From assembly GCA_041661165.1 (NCBI GenBank), contig JBAZVA010000003.1:1-53972 (forward strand): DNA of 53,972 bases, given 5' to 3'. Origin of the DNA: Candidatus Woesearchaeota archaeon (GTDB taxonomy: Archaea > Nanobdellota > Nanobdellia > Woesearchaeales > JBAZVA01). The notes beneath the pieces were generated by a model, which saw only the letters and a list, made by a program, of their open reading frames with translations, had not been told where the DNA came from and did no database searches. This document shows positions 16,606-25,230 of this stretch, piece by piece; positions within the stretch are counted from its first letter, which is position 1, and each line of letters begins with the position of its first letter. The position numbers were made by a program, and so were the translations under genes.

Positions 16606-18120
16606 TTAATCAGTTCTTCTTCCTTGTCCCCAATCGCTTCTTGGAACTCCGCCGCCTTGGCTTCGTCCAGAACTTCTACCTTCGTGAGTTCTTGAAGGTC
16701 CTCGTGATGGGCCATCATGACTTCTAGGTGGTCTGCTCTCAGATCGTGGTCCACGACTTTCTCCGTCAGACGAACCAAAACGTGCTCTTGGTCTACTTTC
16801 GAATCTTGGGCCATCTCGTCTACCTTCTGAACTTCCAAATCTTCTTGGTCCGCCAGATGATCTTCCTCTTCCAAATCCACCACTGCTTCTTCCTCTAGAA
16901 CCGCCACCAAATGACTCTCTTTCCCTTTCAACGTGTTTGGTTTCAATTCTTTCAACGAATGGTGTGGCTTCTTTTGTTATGTCCATATTTTTGAATTCTC
17001 GTAGAACTCTTCCAAAGTTATCGTGATCTCTTGGTGCAAGTATGTTTATTGCTTTTCCGTCAGCTCCTGCTCTTGCAGTTCTTCCAATTCTGTGTATGTA
17101 TTGTTTTGATTCTTTTGGAATATCGTAATTATATACGTGAGTAACTCCTTTGATATCAAGACCTCTTGCAGCAACGTCAGTACAAACAAGCACATATACT
17201 TTTTGTGTGTGAAAACTTTCCATTATATGAGTTCTTCTCGCTTGTGTAAGTCCGCCGTGAATTGCTTCTGCTTCTATTCCGTTTCTTTGAAGATTCTTTG
17301 CAACGAAATCAGTGCTGTCTCTTGAATTACAAAATACCATTACAAGATTTGTTTTTTCATTCTTGATTAAATGTACAAGAGTAGAAAATTTAAGTCCATC
17401 AATAACATCGTAGTAAACCTGTTTTAATTTGCTTGGATCTACTTCTGCTTCTGCCATGATTCTTACTGGATTTGTCATGTGTTTTTTTGCAAAGTGAGTA
17501 ATTTCATTACACAATGTTGCAGAAAAGAATAAAGTTTGTCTTCCTTCTTTTGGGCATCTAGCAATTATTTGTTCAACATCGTGGGAAAAACCCATATCAA
17601 ACATTCTGTCTGCTTCATCAGCCACAAAAACTTTAACTTTTGACAAATTGATTGTTCTTCTTTCAATGTGATCAAGTACTCTTCCTGGAGTTCCTACAAC
17701 TACATCAGCAGATCTTAATTTGTCAATTTGAGGAACAATTGATACTCCTCCATAAACATCTACAATGTTTAGCGGTTTGTATTTTGCGAATTTTTTCAAT
17801 GTTTTTGTTATCTGCTCTGCAAGTTCTCTTGTAGGAGTCAAAACTATTGCTTGAATTCCTTTACCTTTCTCTGCATGCTGAATTATTCCGCATCCAAATG
17901 CAAGTGTCTTTCCTGAACCAGTTGACGAGCCTGCGATAACATCTTTTCCTGCAACTATATGAGGAATTGATTCTTGTTGTACAACACTCGGGTCTGTGAA
18001 ACCCTCATCTTTTATTGATTTTAGTATAGGTTCAATAATACCTAGTTGTTTAAATTTTTCCATATTTTCTTCACTAAATTTTGCGCTAAGAAATAGAACT
18101 CTAACAAATGTTTTTTGCAA
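16606..18120 (-). CDS. DEAD-box ATP-dependent RNA helicase with a ~110-aa Arg/Gly/Ser-rich C-terminal tail
   Basis: AGSSTGSGKT (motif I), PTRELA, VADEADRM (DEAD), SAT, HRIGRTARAG (motif VI). The true start is probably ATG 18063 (MEKFKQLGI...). Confidence 0.9.
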   Translation of the reverse strand: MQKTFVRVLFLSAKFSEENMEKFKQLGIIEPILKSIKDEGFTDPSVVQQESIPHIVAGKDVIAGSSTGSGKTLAFGCGIIQHAEKGKGIQAIVLTPTRELAEQITKTLKKFAKYKPLNIVDVYGGVSIVPQIDKLRSADVVVGTPGRVLDHIERRTINLSKVKVFVADEADRMFDMGFSHDVEQIIARCPKEGRQTLFFSATLCNEITHFAKKHMTNPVRIMAEAEVDPSKLKQVYYDVIDGLKFSTLVHLIKNEKTNLVMVFCNSRDSTDFVAKNLQRNGIEAEAIHGGLTQARRTHIMESFHTQKVYVLVCTDVAARGLDIKGVTHVYNYDIPKESKQYIHRIGRTARAGADGKAINILAPRDHDNFGRVLREFKNMDITKEATPFVERIETKHVERERESFGGGSRGRSSGGFGRGRSSGGPRRFGSSEGRRDGPRFESRPRARFGSSDGESRGPRSESRPPRSHDGPSRGPSRTHEGRSSGRSQGGGVPRSDWGQGRRTD

Positions 18121-18278
18121 AATCTTTATGAGAACCTTGAATAACCCGTGTTTTGGGTTAGGCTATTTTATAACAAATATTAATTCAAAATTCTTCTTCG
18201 AGGGTTACTTAAAACCGTCAATTTTTTAACAAAACGATTATGTTTATTCGATTTCTTTGTTTTTCGCATATTGATTAT

Positions 18279-18342
18279 TAGTCAGTATATTATAAAAGAA
18301 CAAAGGTCGCTTTATAAATCTTCCTATGATTATTACTGACTA
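18279..18342. promoter_or_regulatory. 9-bp inverted repeat (TAGTCAGTA/TACTGACTA) bracketing a TTTATAAA box
   Basis: Arms at 18279-18287 and 18334-18342, 46-bp spacer, TATA at 18311-18318. Lies upstream of the helicase gene. Confidence 0.4.
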
Positions 18343-18443
18343 AAGAAGGAATTTTAACGAGAGTGAAATAATTTTTCTTTTAGTAATTGATTCGAGAATT
18401 GAAAAAAATTTAATTTGAAAAAATGTAAAAATTGTCGGATTTT

Positions 18444-19064
18444 TTAGAAAAATAATCTGCTTCCTTTGTACAAGTTTCTATTCTTTTTCTTAAAAGATCT
18501 TTCAAATCTTTCTGAGTCCACTTCATTAGTATATATTACGCCCTCTATCGAAGTAATCTTTTCCCCACCATAATAAACTACATCTCCTTTAATTTCCGTT
18601 TTTCCTGATTGTAGTGTATATCCATTAATGTTACTAAAAACCAAACCTTCAATGCCATTTAAAACATATAATAGAGAATTATCTTTTTTTAAGAAGCTAA
18701 ATTTTAAATTATCAATTATTCTTTTACCGACAGGTTCTGTTTTTGCTTCGTGTGGTTTAACTGTTAATATTGGCTTAAGTGAAATTGAATCATATACTTG
18801 AACAAAATTATATCTATCGTCTACCCATTTTCCCCTTATAAATCCTGATTCTTTTCCTACTCCTATTTTTTCAAGTGCATGATAGACACCGCTACCACTT
18901 GAGTATATGTCCAGAATATTGCTTCTTTCATGAGCTCCACTTCTGTCTCTTTCTATAGGATTTAACAACATCCTTCTTTTATTTTCAGGATTTACAACCC
19001 ATATCTGATCCTTTGTTCCTATGACTAAATAATCATTCATTTTATCTTGTAGATATAGTTCCAC
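18444..19064 (-). CDS. Hypothetical protein
   Basis: 206-aa ORF with ordinary composition. No motif recognised. Confidence 0.4.
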   Translation of the reverse strand: MELYLQDKMNDYLVIGTKDQIWVVNPENKRRMLLNPIERDRSGAHERSNILDIYSSGSGVYHALEKIGVGKESGFIRGKWVDDRYNFVQVYDSISLKPILTVKPHEAKTEPVGKRIIDNLKFSFLKKDNSLLYVLNGIEGLVFSNINGYTLQSGKTEIKGDVVYYGGEKITSIEGVIYTNEVDSERFERSFKKKNRNLYKGSRLFF

Positions 19065-19250
19065 TATTTAAATTTTTCTATTATTAACAACTAATTAGTA
19101 GTGATAAAACCAAACATCTCACATATTTTTAATCAAACAATCCTCCCCAAATGCTCTTTTTTATACAGAGGAATTTATTTGTTCTATTTTATAGTATTAT
19201 AATTAGCATCAACCACAACGTTTATATACACGGAATATATACATATATAC

Positions 19251-19502
19251 GTGATATATATGGTACAAGCAATGATAAATATTGATGAAAATACGAACAG
19301 AGTATTAAACATAGTAAAAGCAAAATTCGGTTTAAAGGACAAATCTGAAGCAATAAATATGGTAGTTTCTGATTATGAACAAAATTCTCTTGAACCGAAT
19401 TTAAGACCTGAATACGTTGAGAAATTAATGAAAATAAAAGATAAAAAAGGAATTTCTTTCAAAAGTATTGATGAATTGAGAAAGAGTATAGAAAATGCGT
19501 GA
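19251..19502 (+). CDS. DUF2683-type antitoxin-like small protein
   Basis: MVQAMINIDENTNRVLNIVKAKFGLKDKSEAINMVV resembles the archaeal DUF2683 family. Its stop overlaps the start of a RelE-like ORF (ATGCGTGA). Confidence 0.6.
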   Translation: MIYMVQAMINIDENTNRVLNIVKAKFGLKDKSEAINMVVSDYEQNSLEPNLRPEYVEKLMKIKDKKGISFKSIDELRKSIENA

Positions 19503-19760
19503 ATTTGAAATAAAACCCGAACTGCATAAGATACTGATAAAATTATTTAAAAAAGATAAAATTTCTTATGATGCAGTTATGACTAAGATTCAAGAAGTAT
19601 TAATTCTTCTGATGTTGAGCATTATAAAAATTTAAGATACGATATGAAACTTTCAAAAAGAGTTCATATTGGTCATTTTGTTCTTGTTTTTAGTTATGAT
19701 AAATCAAGGGATTTTATTTCATTTGAAGATTATGACCATCATGATAACATTTATGATTAG
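19495..19760 (+). pseudogene. RelE/ParE-superfamily toxin gene interrupted by a 1-nt frameshift
   Basis: Frame 1: MREFEIKPELHKILIKLFKKDKISYDAVMTKIQEVL, then a stop at 19633. Frame 0 from 19602: NSSDVEHYKNLRYDMKLSKRVHIGHFVLVFSYDKSRDFISFEDYDHHDNIYD*. Adding one A in GTATTAATTC near 19600 would join the two frames. Confidence 0.7.
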
Positions 19761-19858
19761 TTTGTTTTCTTAGATGAAATTATTATATTTTAGAAATAAT
19801 TATGACGAAAGTAATTTATGTTTCATCTTTTTGTTATTAGTACATAACTTAAAAAAGT

Positions 19859-20233
19859 TTATTCTTTAAGTTGATATTTTTGAACTATAAAATCTAATCC
19901 TTTTTTAATTGTTGGAATAAGATAAGGAACATGTTTTCTGATAAAATTTGCAGTTTTTTCTCCCGTTCCTCCATAATAAAAGGAAACAAATTTTCTGCCT
20001 AAATAGTTTTTAACTAGAACTTCGTCTCTAAATTCTCTTAATATTTGAACTTCCGGGGCATTTATATTGCCATAGACTACTGTAGCCACAAAACATTCTT
20101 TATCTTTTTCAATCCACTTAGTGCCCCATGCTCTGCCTTCAATATCTTGATTTTCAATACATTCATAGGTTTTTCCATTCATGTATGTGATATCTCCAAC
20201 TTTAGGTTCACCAGATTCTTTATTGTACTCCAT
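19859..20233 (-). CDS. Hypothetical protein with a CxxATxxYG...LREFRDEVL module
   Basis: CFVATVVYGNINAPEVQILREFRDEVLVKNYLGRKFVSFYY recalls a C-terminal module seen in secreted or surface proteins. I cannot name the family with confidence. Confidence 0.45.
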   Translation of the reverse strand: MEYNKESGEPKVGDITYMNGKTYECIENQDIEGRAWGTKWIEKDKECFVATVVYGNINAPEVQILREFRDEVLVKNYLGRKFVSFYYGGTGEKTANFIRKHVPYLIPTIKKGLDFIVQKYQLKE

Positions 20234-20415
20234 TTTATCCCTAATCTTAAATCTATTTATATTAAAACTTACAAGTGATAATTAATATAAAAAGTTACCT
20301 CACTTAGAATCATCCAAGTGAGTAATAATTGTTCGTTTCATAGGCAATTATTGATACTAACTTAATTTGCTATTTTAATTAACGTGAATACTATTATTTA
20401 TTTATCTATCTTAGG

Positions 20416-20576
20416 CTCTGTCCGAAAAGTCTGGCGGCAAGCAAAACCTCGTTAGAGGTAGCTAAGTGCAACGCGACTACATTCCTACGCAAGTATGATT
20501 GTTTTTCCAATAGTTACAAAAATAAATATAATTATTCACGCAATTTATGCAAGGCCGCCAAAGACTTCGGACAGAG
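20416..20576 (+). repeat. Clamp-hairpin repeat, type A long variant, copy 8
   Basis: ctctgtccgaaaagtct-GGCGGCAAGCAAAACCTCGTTAGAGGTAGCTAAGTGCAACGCGACTAC...TTATGCAAGGCCGCC-aaagacttcggacagag. Confidence 0.85.
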
Positions 20577-20643
20577 AATAGGCACACAGTTTTATAAACA
20601 GGAAAAATGCCCCTAATATAATAGCAACAAGTATACCTTAGGT

Positions 20644-21054
20644 ATGCAAAATGTTGGCGGAGTAATGACAATGGGAGATTTTGATCGAAGTAGTAGTTTT
20701 AGAAAAAGAGAAGGTTCTGGTAGGTCTAGAGATAGAGATTCCAGAGGCGGATCAAGAGATGGTGGTTTTAGATCAGGCGGTGGCGGTTTTGGCGGTCGAA
20801 GTTCTGGTGGTAGATCATTTGAAAAAGAAATGCACACAGTAAAATGTGATAAATGCGGAGAAACTTGCGAAGTTCCATTTAAACCAACTAATAATAAACC
20901 AGTTTATTGTAGTTCTTGTTTTAGAAAAGGAGAATCGTCAGGTTCTGATTCAGTTCGTTCAAGTCCAGCTAGTTCAGGCGTAAGTAAGACTGATATTATT
21001 GAAATAAATAGTAAGCTTGACAGAATCTTAGCAATTCTAGAACGAGAAGAATAA
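20644..21054 (+). CDS. RGG-rich zinc-ribbon protein (probable nucleic-acid binding)
   Basis: GGSRDGGFRSGGGGFGGRSSGGRS followed by CDKCGETCEVPFKPTNNKPVYCSSCF (CxxC-x19-CxxC). The start is possibly an internal Met (MTMGDF). Confidence 0.65.
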   Translation: MQNVGGVMTMGDFDRSSSFRKREGSGRSRDRDSRGGSRDGGFRSGGGGFGGRSSGGRSFEKEMHTVKCDKCGETCEVPFKPTNNKPVYCSSCFRKGESSGSDSVRSSPASSGVSKTDIIEINSKLDRILAILEREE

Positions 21055-21088
21055 ATATTAAATTGTTTTATTTTTTTATTTTCATTTT

Positions 21089-21124
21089 ATTTCTTTTTAA
21101 ATTTCTTTTTAAATTTCTTTTTTC
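21089..21124 (+). terminator. T-rich 12-bp tandem repeat (ATTTCTTTTTAA x3) downstream of the stop codon
   Basis: Units at 21089, 21101 and 21113. Oligo-T runs are typical archaeal termination signals. Confidence 0.4.
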
Positions 21125-21140
21125 TACTTGGTTTAAATAC

Positions 21141-21247
21141 AGTCTTTACCGGCAGGCAGAATAGTATGCAGAATAATATATGTGCATATCTTCCAGTGCT
21201 TCTAATTTAGACAATTATTTGCCTATATGTAAAGGCTGGTAAAGACT
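21141..21247 (+). repeat. Clamp-hairpin repeat, type A, copy 9
   Basis: agtcttt-ACCGGCAGGCAGAATAGTATGCAGAATAAT...CTTCCAGTGCTTCTAATT...ATTATTTGCCTAT...GTAAAGGCTGGT-aaagact. Confidence 0.85.
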
Positions 21248-21306
21248 TTTTTAGAGAGTCTTTTAAATACCAACATTTAATAAAAGAATATATTTTTTAG
21301 AGTTAT

Positions 21307-22782
21307 ATGGATAGGGACTACATTTACTCTGAACCAACTATAAGTATTTGTCCTGTTTGCCTATTACAAATTTCTGCAAAAATTATTATTAAAAATAATC
21401 AAGTTTTCTTAAAAAAATTCTGTAAAAGTCATGGTGAAACAGAAGAATTGTTGGAAGAAGATGCGGCTTACCATTTGTCAAAAAAAGAATTTGATAAGCC
21501 AGGAACTATCTCAAAAACACAGACAAAAATAGACAAAGGTTGTCCTTTTGATTGCGGTCTTTGTCCAAATCACGATCAGCATACTTGTATTAGTTTAATT
21601 GAAGTAACTAATGCTTGCAATTTGAATTGTCCTGTTTGTTACGCGGGATGTGGAAATATGACTAACAAAAAGAATGAAGTTAATAATAACTATATTTTCT
21701 ATTTATCGCTTTCAAAAATATCAAAAATGATTGATTTTCTTTTAGATTCAGAAAATGGAAAAGCAGAAATATTGCAGATTAGCGGCGGAGAGCCGACACT
21801 ACATCCAGATATAATTAAGATAATTTCTCTTGCAAGGGAAAAAGGTATTTCGTATGTTATGCTTAATACAAACGGAATAAGAATTGCAAATGATGAAGAG
21901 TTTGTCAAACAATTGGCAAACTTCAAGGGAAAATTTGAAGTATATTTGCAATTTGATTCCTTTTCGGACAAGACCAATAATTTTCTTCGTGGAAAAGATA
22001 TTACTTCTATAAAATTAAAAGCTATAGAAAATCTTACAAAATATAATATTCCTGTAACTTTAGTATGTACTGTGCAAAATAAAGTGAATGATTCTGAACT
22101 TGGAAAGATTTTACGTTTTGGTATGGATACTAAAGGAATAAGAGGAGTAAATTTTCAGCCAATTGCTTTTTTTGGAAAGTTTAATAATGTCGAAAATTTA
22201 AAAAACAATATTAATATTACAAAAGACAGAATAACTTTGAGTGGTGTGATTCAAAGAATAGAAAATCAAATTTCCGATGTTTTTATCAAAGGAGATATTG
22301 TTCCTTTGCCATGCAACGTGCAGCGTGTCGCAGTTTCATATTTGTTTCGCTCAAAAAATAAGAAATTTATTCCGATTACAAGAACAATTAAAGTGAAAAG
22401 TTATCTGCCGTTGATTGATAATACTTTTATGTTTGATGCCGATTCTATTTTGAAAAATAAATCAAAATCTATATTTTCATGCGATTGCTTCGCAAACAAA
22501 ATTAATTTGGCCGCTAAAATCAGTAGATTTCTACCAAGCGATTTCTTATTATGGTCTTCTGACAAAAAACTTTCTTTTATTGATAATAATACTTTTAGAG
22601 TAAGTATCTCTTCATTTATTGATGTGTATAATTTCGATTTAAAATCAATGCAAAAAGAATGTGTGCATGTGATTACTCCTGATTTTAAGAAGATTCCTTT
22701 CTCTGCATATAATATGTTTTATAGAGATTCAAAATTAAATAAAAAAAGGGCAGACGCGCTAAGAAAGAGGAGATGCGAATGA
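21307..22782 (+). CDS. Radical SAM enzyme with an N-terminal Cys-rich knuckle (COG1964 / MJ0619 GDGT-MAS-like family, tentative)
   Basis: ICPVCLL...FCKSHG at the N-terminus, then EVTNACNLNCPVCYA (CxxxCxxC) and ISGGEPTLHPD (SAM-binding GGE motif). Confidence 0.7.
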   Translation: MDRDYIYSEPTISICPVCLLQISAKIIIKNNQVFLKKFCKSHGETEELLEEDAAYHLSKKEFDKPGTISKTQTKIDKGCPFDCGLCPNHDQHTCISLIEVTNACNLNCPVCYAGCGNMTNKKNEVNNNYIFYLSLSKISKMIDFLLDSENGKAEILQISGGEPTLHPDIIKIISLAREKGISYVMLNTNGIRIANDEEFVKQLANFKGKFEVYLQFDSFSDKTNNFLRGKDITSIKLKAIENLTKYNIPVTLVCTVQNKVNDSELGKILRFGMDTKGIRGVNFQPIAFFGKFNNVENLKNNINITKDRITLSGVIQRIENQISDVFIKGDIVPLPCNVQRVAVSYLFRSKNKKFIPITRTIKVKSYLPLIDNTFMFDADSILKNKSKSIFSCDCFANKINLAAKISRFLPSDFLLWSSDKKLSFIDNNTFRVSISSFIDVYNFDLKSMQKECVHVITPDFKKIPFSAYNMFYRDSKLNKKRADALRKRRCE

Positions 22783-23366
22783 TGCTCACTTTAATTATTG
22801 CAGATATTATTGTAGGTATTTGTCTTTTGTTATTGTTTATTTCTATATCTATCAACTTTGCAATTGCTTCAGAAAAAACATCAGTTAAAAAAGAGAAAAA
22901 AAGTATTGTTGAAACTGGAACTATGACTTTGTTTGCGGTGGTTTTTTATATTATAATAAGATTTTCAATAGGTAGTATTTCTATCTCAAACGTTATTTTA
23001 ACAAACGTTCTTATGATCTTTGGAACCTTGTTATTTTCGTTTGGTTGTTTTGTAAATATTGCTGGACGATTTAATTTAGGAAAAAACTGGGCAAATCAAG
23101 TTACTATATACAAAAAACAAACTTTTATTTCTTTTGGAATGTATCGTTTTGTAAGGCACCCGCTTTACGCATCAATAATTTTAATGTTTTATGCTGCGTG
23201 TTTAATTCATCCAAATTATATTGCTTTTTTAGCAACAACGTTTATATTTATTCCATTTATGTATTATCGTGCAAAACAAGAGGAAGTTTTATTAACCAAA
23301 ACATTCAAAGATTATAGTATATATCAAAAAAAAGTCGGGATGCTTTTTCCTAAGATATTGAAGTAA
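22773..23366 (+). CDS. ICMT/PEMT-family membrane methyltransferase
   Basis: GRFNLGKNWANQV...FISFGMYRFVRHPLYASIIL is the family signature. Overlaps the radical SAM gene by 10 nt. Confidence 0.7.
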   Translation: MRMMLTLIIADIIVGICLLLLFISISINFAIASEKTSVKKEKKSIVETGTMTLFAVVFYIIIRFSIGSISISNVILTNVLMIFGTLLFSFGCFVNIAGRFNLGKNWANQVTIYKKQTFISFGMYRFVRHPLYASIILMFYAACLIHPNYIAFLATTFIFIPFMYYRAKQEEVLLTKTFKDYSIYQKKVGMLFPKILK

Positions 23367-23376
23367 TATTATTTAA

Positions 23377-23934
23377 GTGATTTTTATGAAATTAAACAAA
23401 AAAAATATTAAATTAAATACAAACAAGATAAATGCAAAAAAGATAACTGCAAAAAAGAATACCGAAGAAACTCAAAGTTGTAAAACTTGTTCAACTGATT
23501 TAGTTGATATTAGAAGTGATGCATTTGCTTTTTGCCGTTATGGTGTGATGATTATTGTTTGGCTTGCTCTTTTACTTCAGTTAAAATGGCTTGTTCTTTT
23601 ATCTTTTGGAATTTTGTTATTATCTGCTATATTTGGTATAGGATACGCTCCTATGATATTAATTTACACCAACACGATAGGTTTATTCTTCAAATTTAAA
23701 ACAGAGAAATTGGGAGTGAGTGGAATGAGATTTGCTCACACTCTTGGAAGTATTTTTGCAGGAATTGCTGTACTATGTTTATATTTTTGGAATACAAAAG
23801 TTGGTTGGGTAATAGTAATTTTCCTTGCGATTATGAAAACAATATCTGCAATTGGGCTTTGTCCTGCTTACAAATTATATAATTGCATTAAATCTGGCGG
23901 TTGTTGTTCTTTTACAAGAAAATTGAGCAAGTAA
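23377..23934 (+). CDS. DUF4395-like membrane protein
   Basis: Four TM helices ending in GLCPAYKLYNCIKSGGCC. Family assignment is tentative. Confidence 0.45.
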   Translation: MIFMKLNKKNIKLNTNKINAKKITAKKNTEETQSCKTCSTDLVDIRSDAFAFCRYGVMIIVWLALLLQLKWLVLLSFGILLLSAIFGIGYAPMILIYTNTIGLFFKFKTEKLGVSGMRFAHTLGSIFAGIAVLCLYFWNTKVGWVIVIFLAIMKTISAIGLCPAYKLYNCIKSGGCCSFTRKLSK

Positions 23935-23981
23935 AATTTAGTAATAAAATAATTAAGAGAAAAAATAATTGAGAAAATAAA

Positions 23982-24830
23982 ATGTTAGATTTTCATACGC
24001 ACCCGGCAAATTGGGGAATAAAACCAGTTTTGTTTAATATTGGCAACGTTCCTGTAACTTCTTATGCTTTCTTTGTTATTCTTGGTTTAATTGCAGGTCT
24101 TTTAGTTTATTATTATCTTGCAAAAAAAGAAAAACTTCATTCAGAAAATTCTTTCTATGTGCTTGTTGCAGGTTTGTGCGGCGGAATTTTAGGTGCAAAA
24201 ATTCCTATTTGGATTTTAAATTTTCCATTGCTTTTGCAAACAAATAATGTCGCATTATTTCTTTCTGGGAGAACTATTATCGGAGGCCTGATTGGAGGAA
24301 CAATTGCAGTTATTATTGTTAAAAAAGTTTTAAAAATCAATCAAAAATTAGGAAACCTGTTTGCTCCGGCGATTGCTTTAGGAGTTGCAATAGGTAGAAT
24401 TGGATGTTTTTTTGCAGGTTGCTGTTATGGAACTCCAACCACTTTGCCGTGGGGGGTTGATTTTGGAGATGGTTTACTTCGTCATCCAACTCAGATTTAC
24501 GAATCTATCTTTATGTTTGGGATGTTTATTTTTTTAATTATAAAGCAAAATAAAAATACAAAGCAAAAAAAATCAAAAGAAATAAAACCAGGATATTTAT
24601 TTTACATTCTCATGAATTTCTATTTTGTATTTAGATTTTTTGAAGAGTTCATTCGTGATAATCCAAGATATTTTTATTTGACTTTATTCCAATATTTATC
24701 TATTGCTGCGCTTTTATTCATAAATGGCAAATATCTGTTTGAAAATAGAAAGAAAGGAAATTTAGAAAATATGCAAGTACAAACTCGAAGTATGGAAAAG
24801 AATATAAAGAGAAAAAGAAAGAGTAAGTAG
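23982..24830 (+). CDS. lgt: Prolipoprotein diacylglyceryl transferase
   Basis: VTSYAFFVILGLIAG..., GRTIIGGLIGG, GRIGCFFAGCCYGTPT, WGVDFGDG, RHPTQIYES are all canonical Lgt motifs. Confidence 0.85.
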   Translation: MLDFHTHPANWGIKPVLFNIGNVPVTSYAFFVILGLIAGLLVYYYLAKKEKLHSENSFYVLVAGLCGGILGAKIPIWILNFPLLLQTNNVALFLSGRTIIGGLIGGTIAVIIVKKVLKINQKLGNLFAPAIALGVAIGRIGCFFAGCCYGTPTTLPWGVDFGDGLLRHPTQIYESIFMFGMFIFLIIKQNKNTKQKKSKEIKPGYLFYILMNFYFVFRFFEEFIRDNPRYFYLTLFQYLSIAALLFINGKYLFENRKKGNLENMQVQTRSMEKNIKRKRKSK

Positions 24831-24831
24831 T

Positions 24832-25230
24832 ATGGCAGCAAAACATAAAGAATCAGAAAAAGATATTGGAAGCATAGTTAAAACTACCGAAAAGATTCCT
24901 TTAGTTGAATACAAACTTGTTACTGGATGGAAGTCTCTTGATGTGATAGCAAGTTTTTTTGGATTTATGATTGCCAATGTTTTATTATTTTTACTTTATT
25001 CTTTTCTTATGTCATTCTTGTTTACAAACATTATAAGTAATGTTCCATCTATTATGTTTGGACTAACATTATTTGCGATTAATGTTTTCATAGTTGTTTA
25101 TTTATTTCGTGCAAAATATAAATTCTTAGCAATAGGACTTTTAACTTCAATTTTTTTACCTTTGCTTATATTTGGTTCTTGTATTGGTATTATGAGTTTA
25201 ATCTTATCTGCAGGGCCTGCATTGTCTTAA
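24832..25230 (+). CDS. Hypothetical membrane protein (three TM helices)
   Basis: Starts 1 nt after the lgt stop. Hydrophobic helices present. Confidence 0.45.
   Translation: MAAKHKESEKDIGSIVKTTEKIPLVEYKLVTGWKSLDVIASFFGFMIANVLLFLLYSFLMSFLFTNIISNVPSIMFGLTLFAINVFIVVYLFRAKYKFLAIGLLTSIFLPLLIFGSCIGIMSLILSAGPALS

Noticed and set aside
16578-16955. 125-aa ORF overlapping the 3' end of the helicase gene in another frame
   Set aside because: It lies inside the GC-rich RGG-tail coding region, where stop codons are rare in all frames. The helicase frame carries all the conserved motifs.
20477-20837. ORFs 20477-20671 and 20613-20837 on the minus strand
   Set aside because: The first lies inside repeat copy 8. 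The second is antisense to the RGG tract of the zinc-ribbon protein and encodes a proline-rich artefact.
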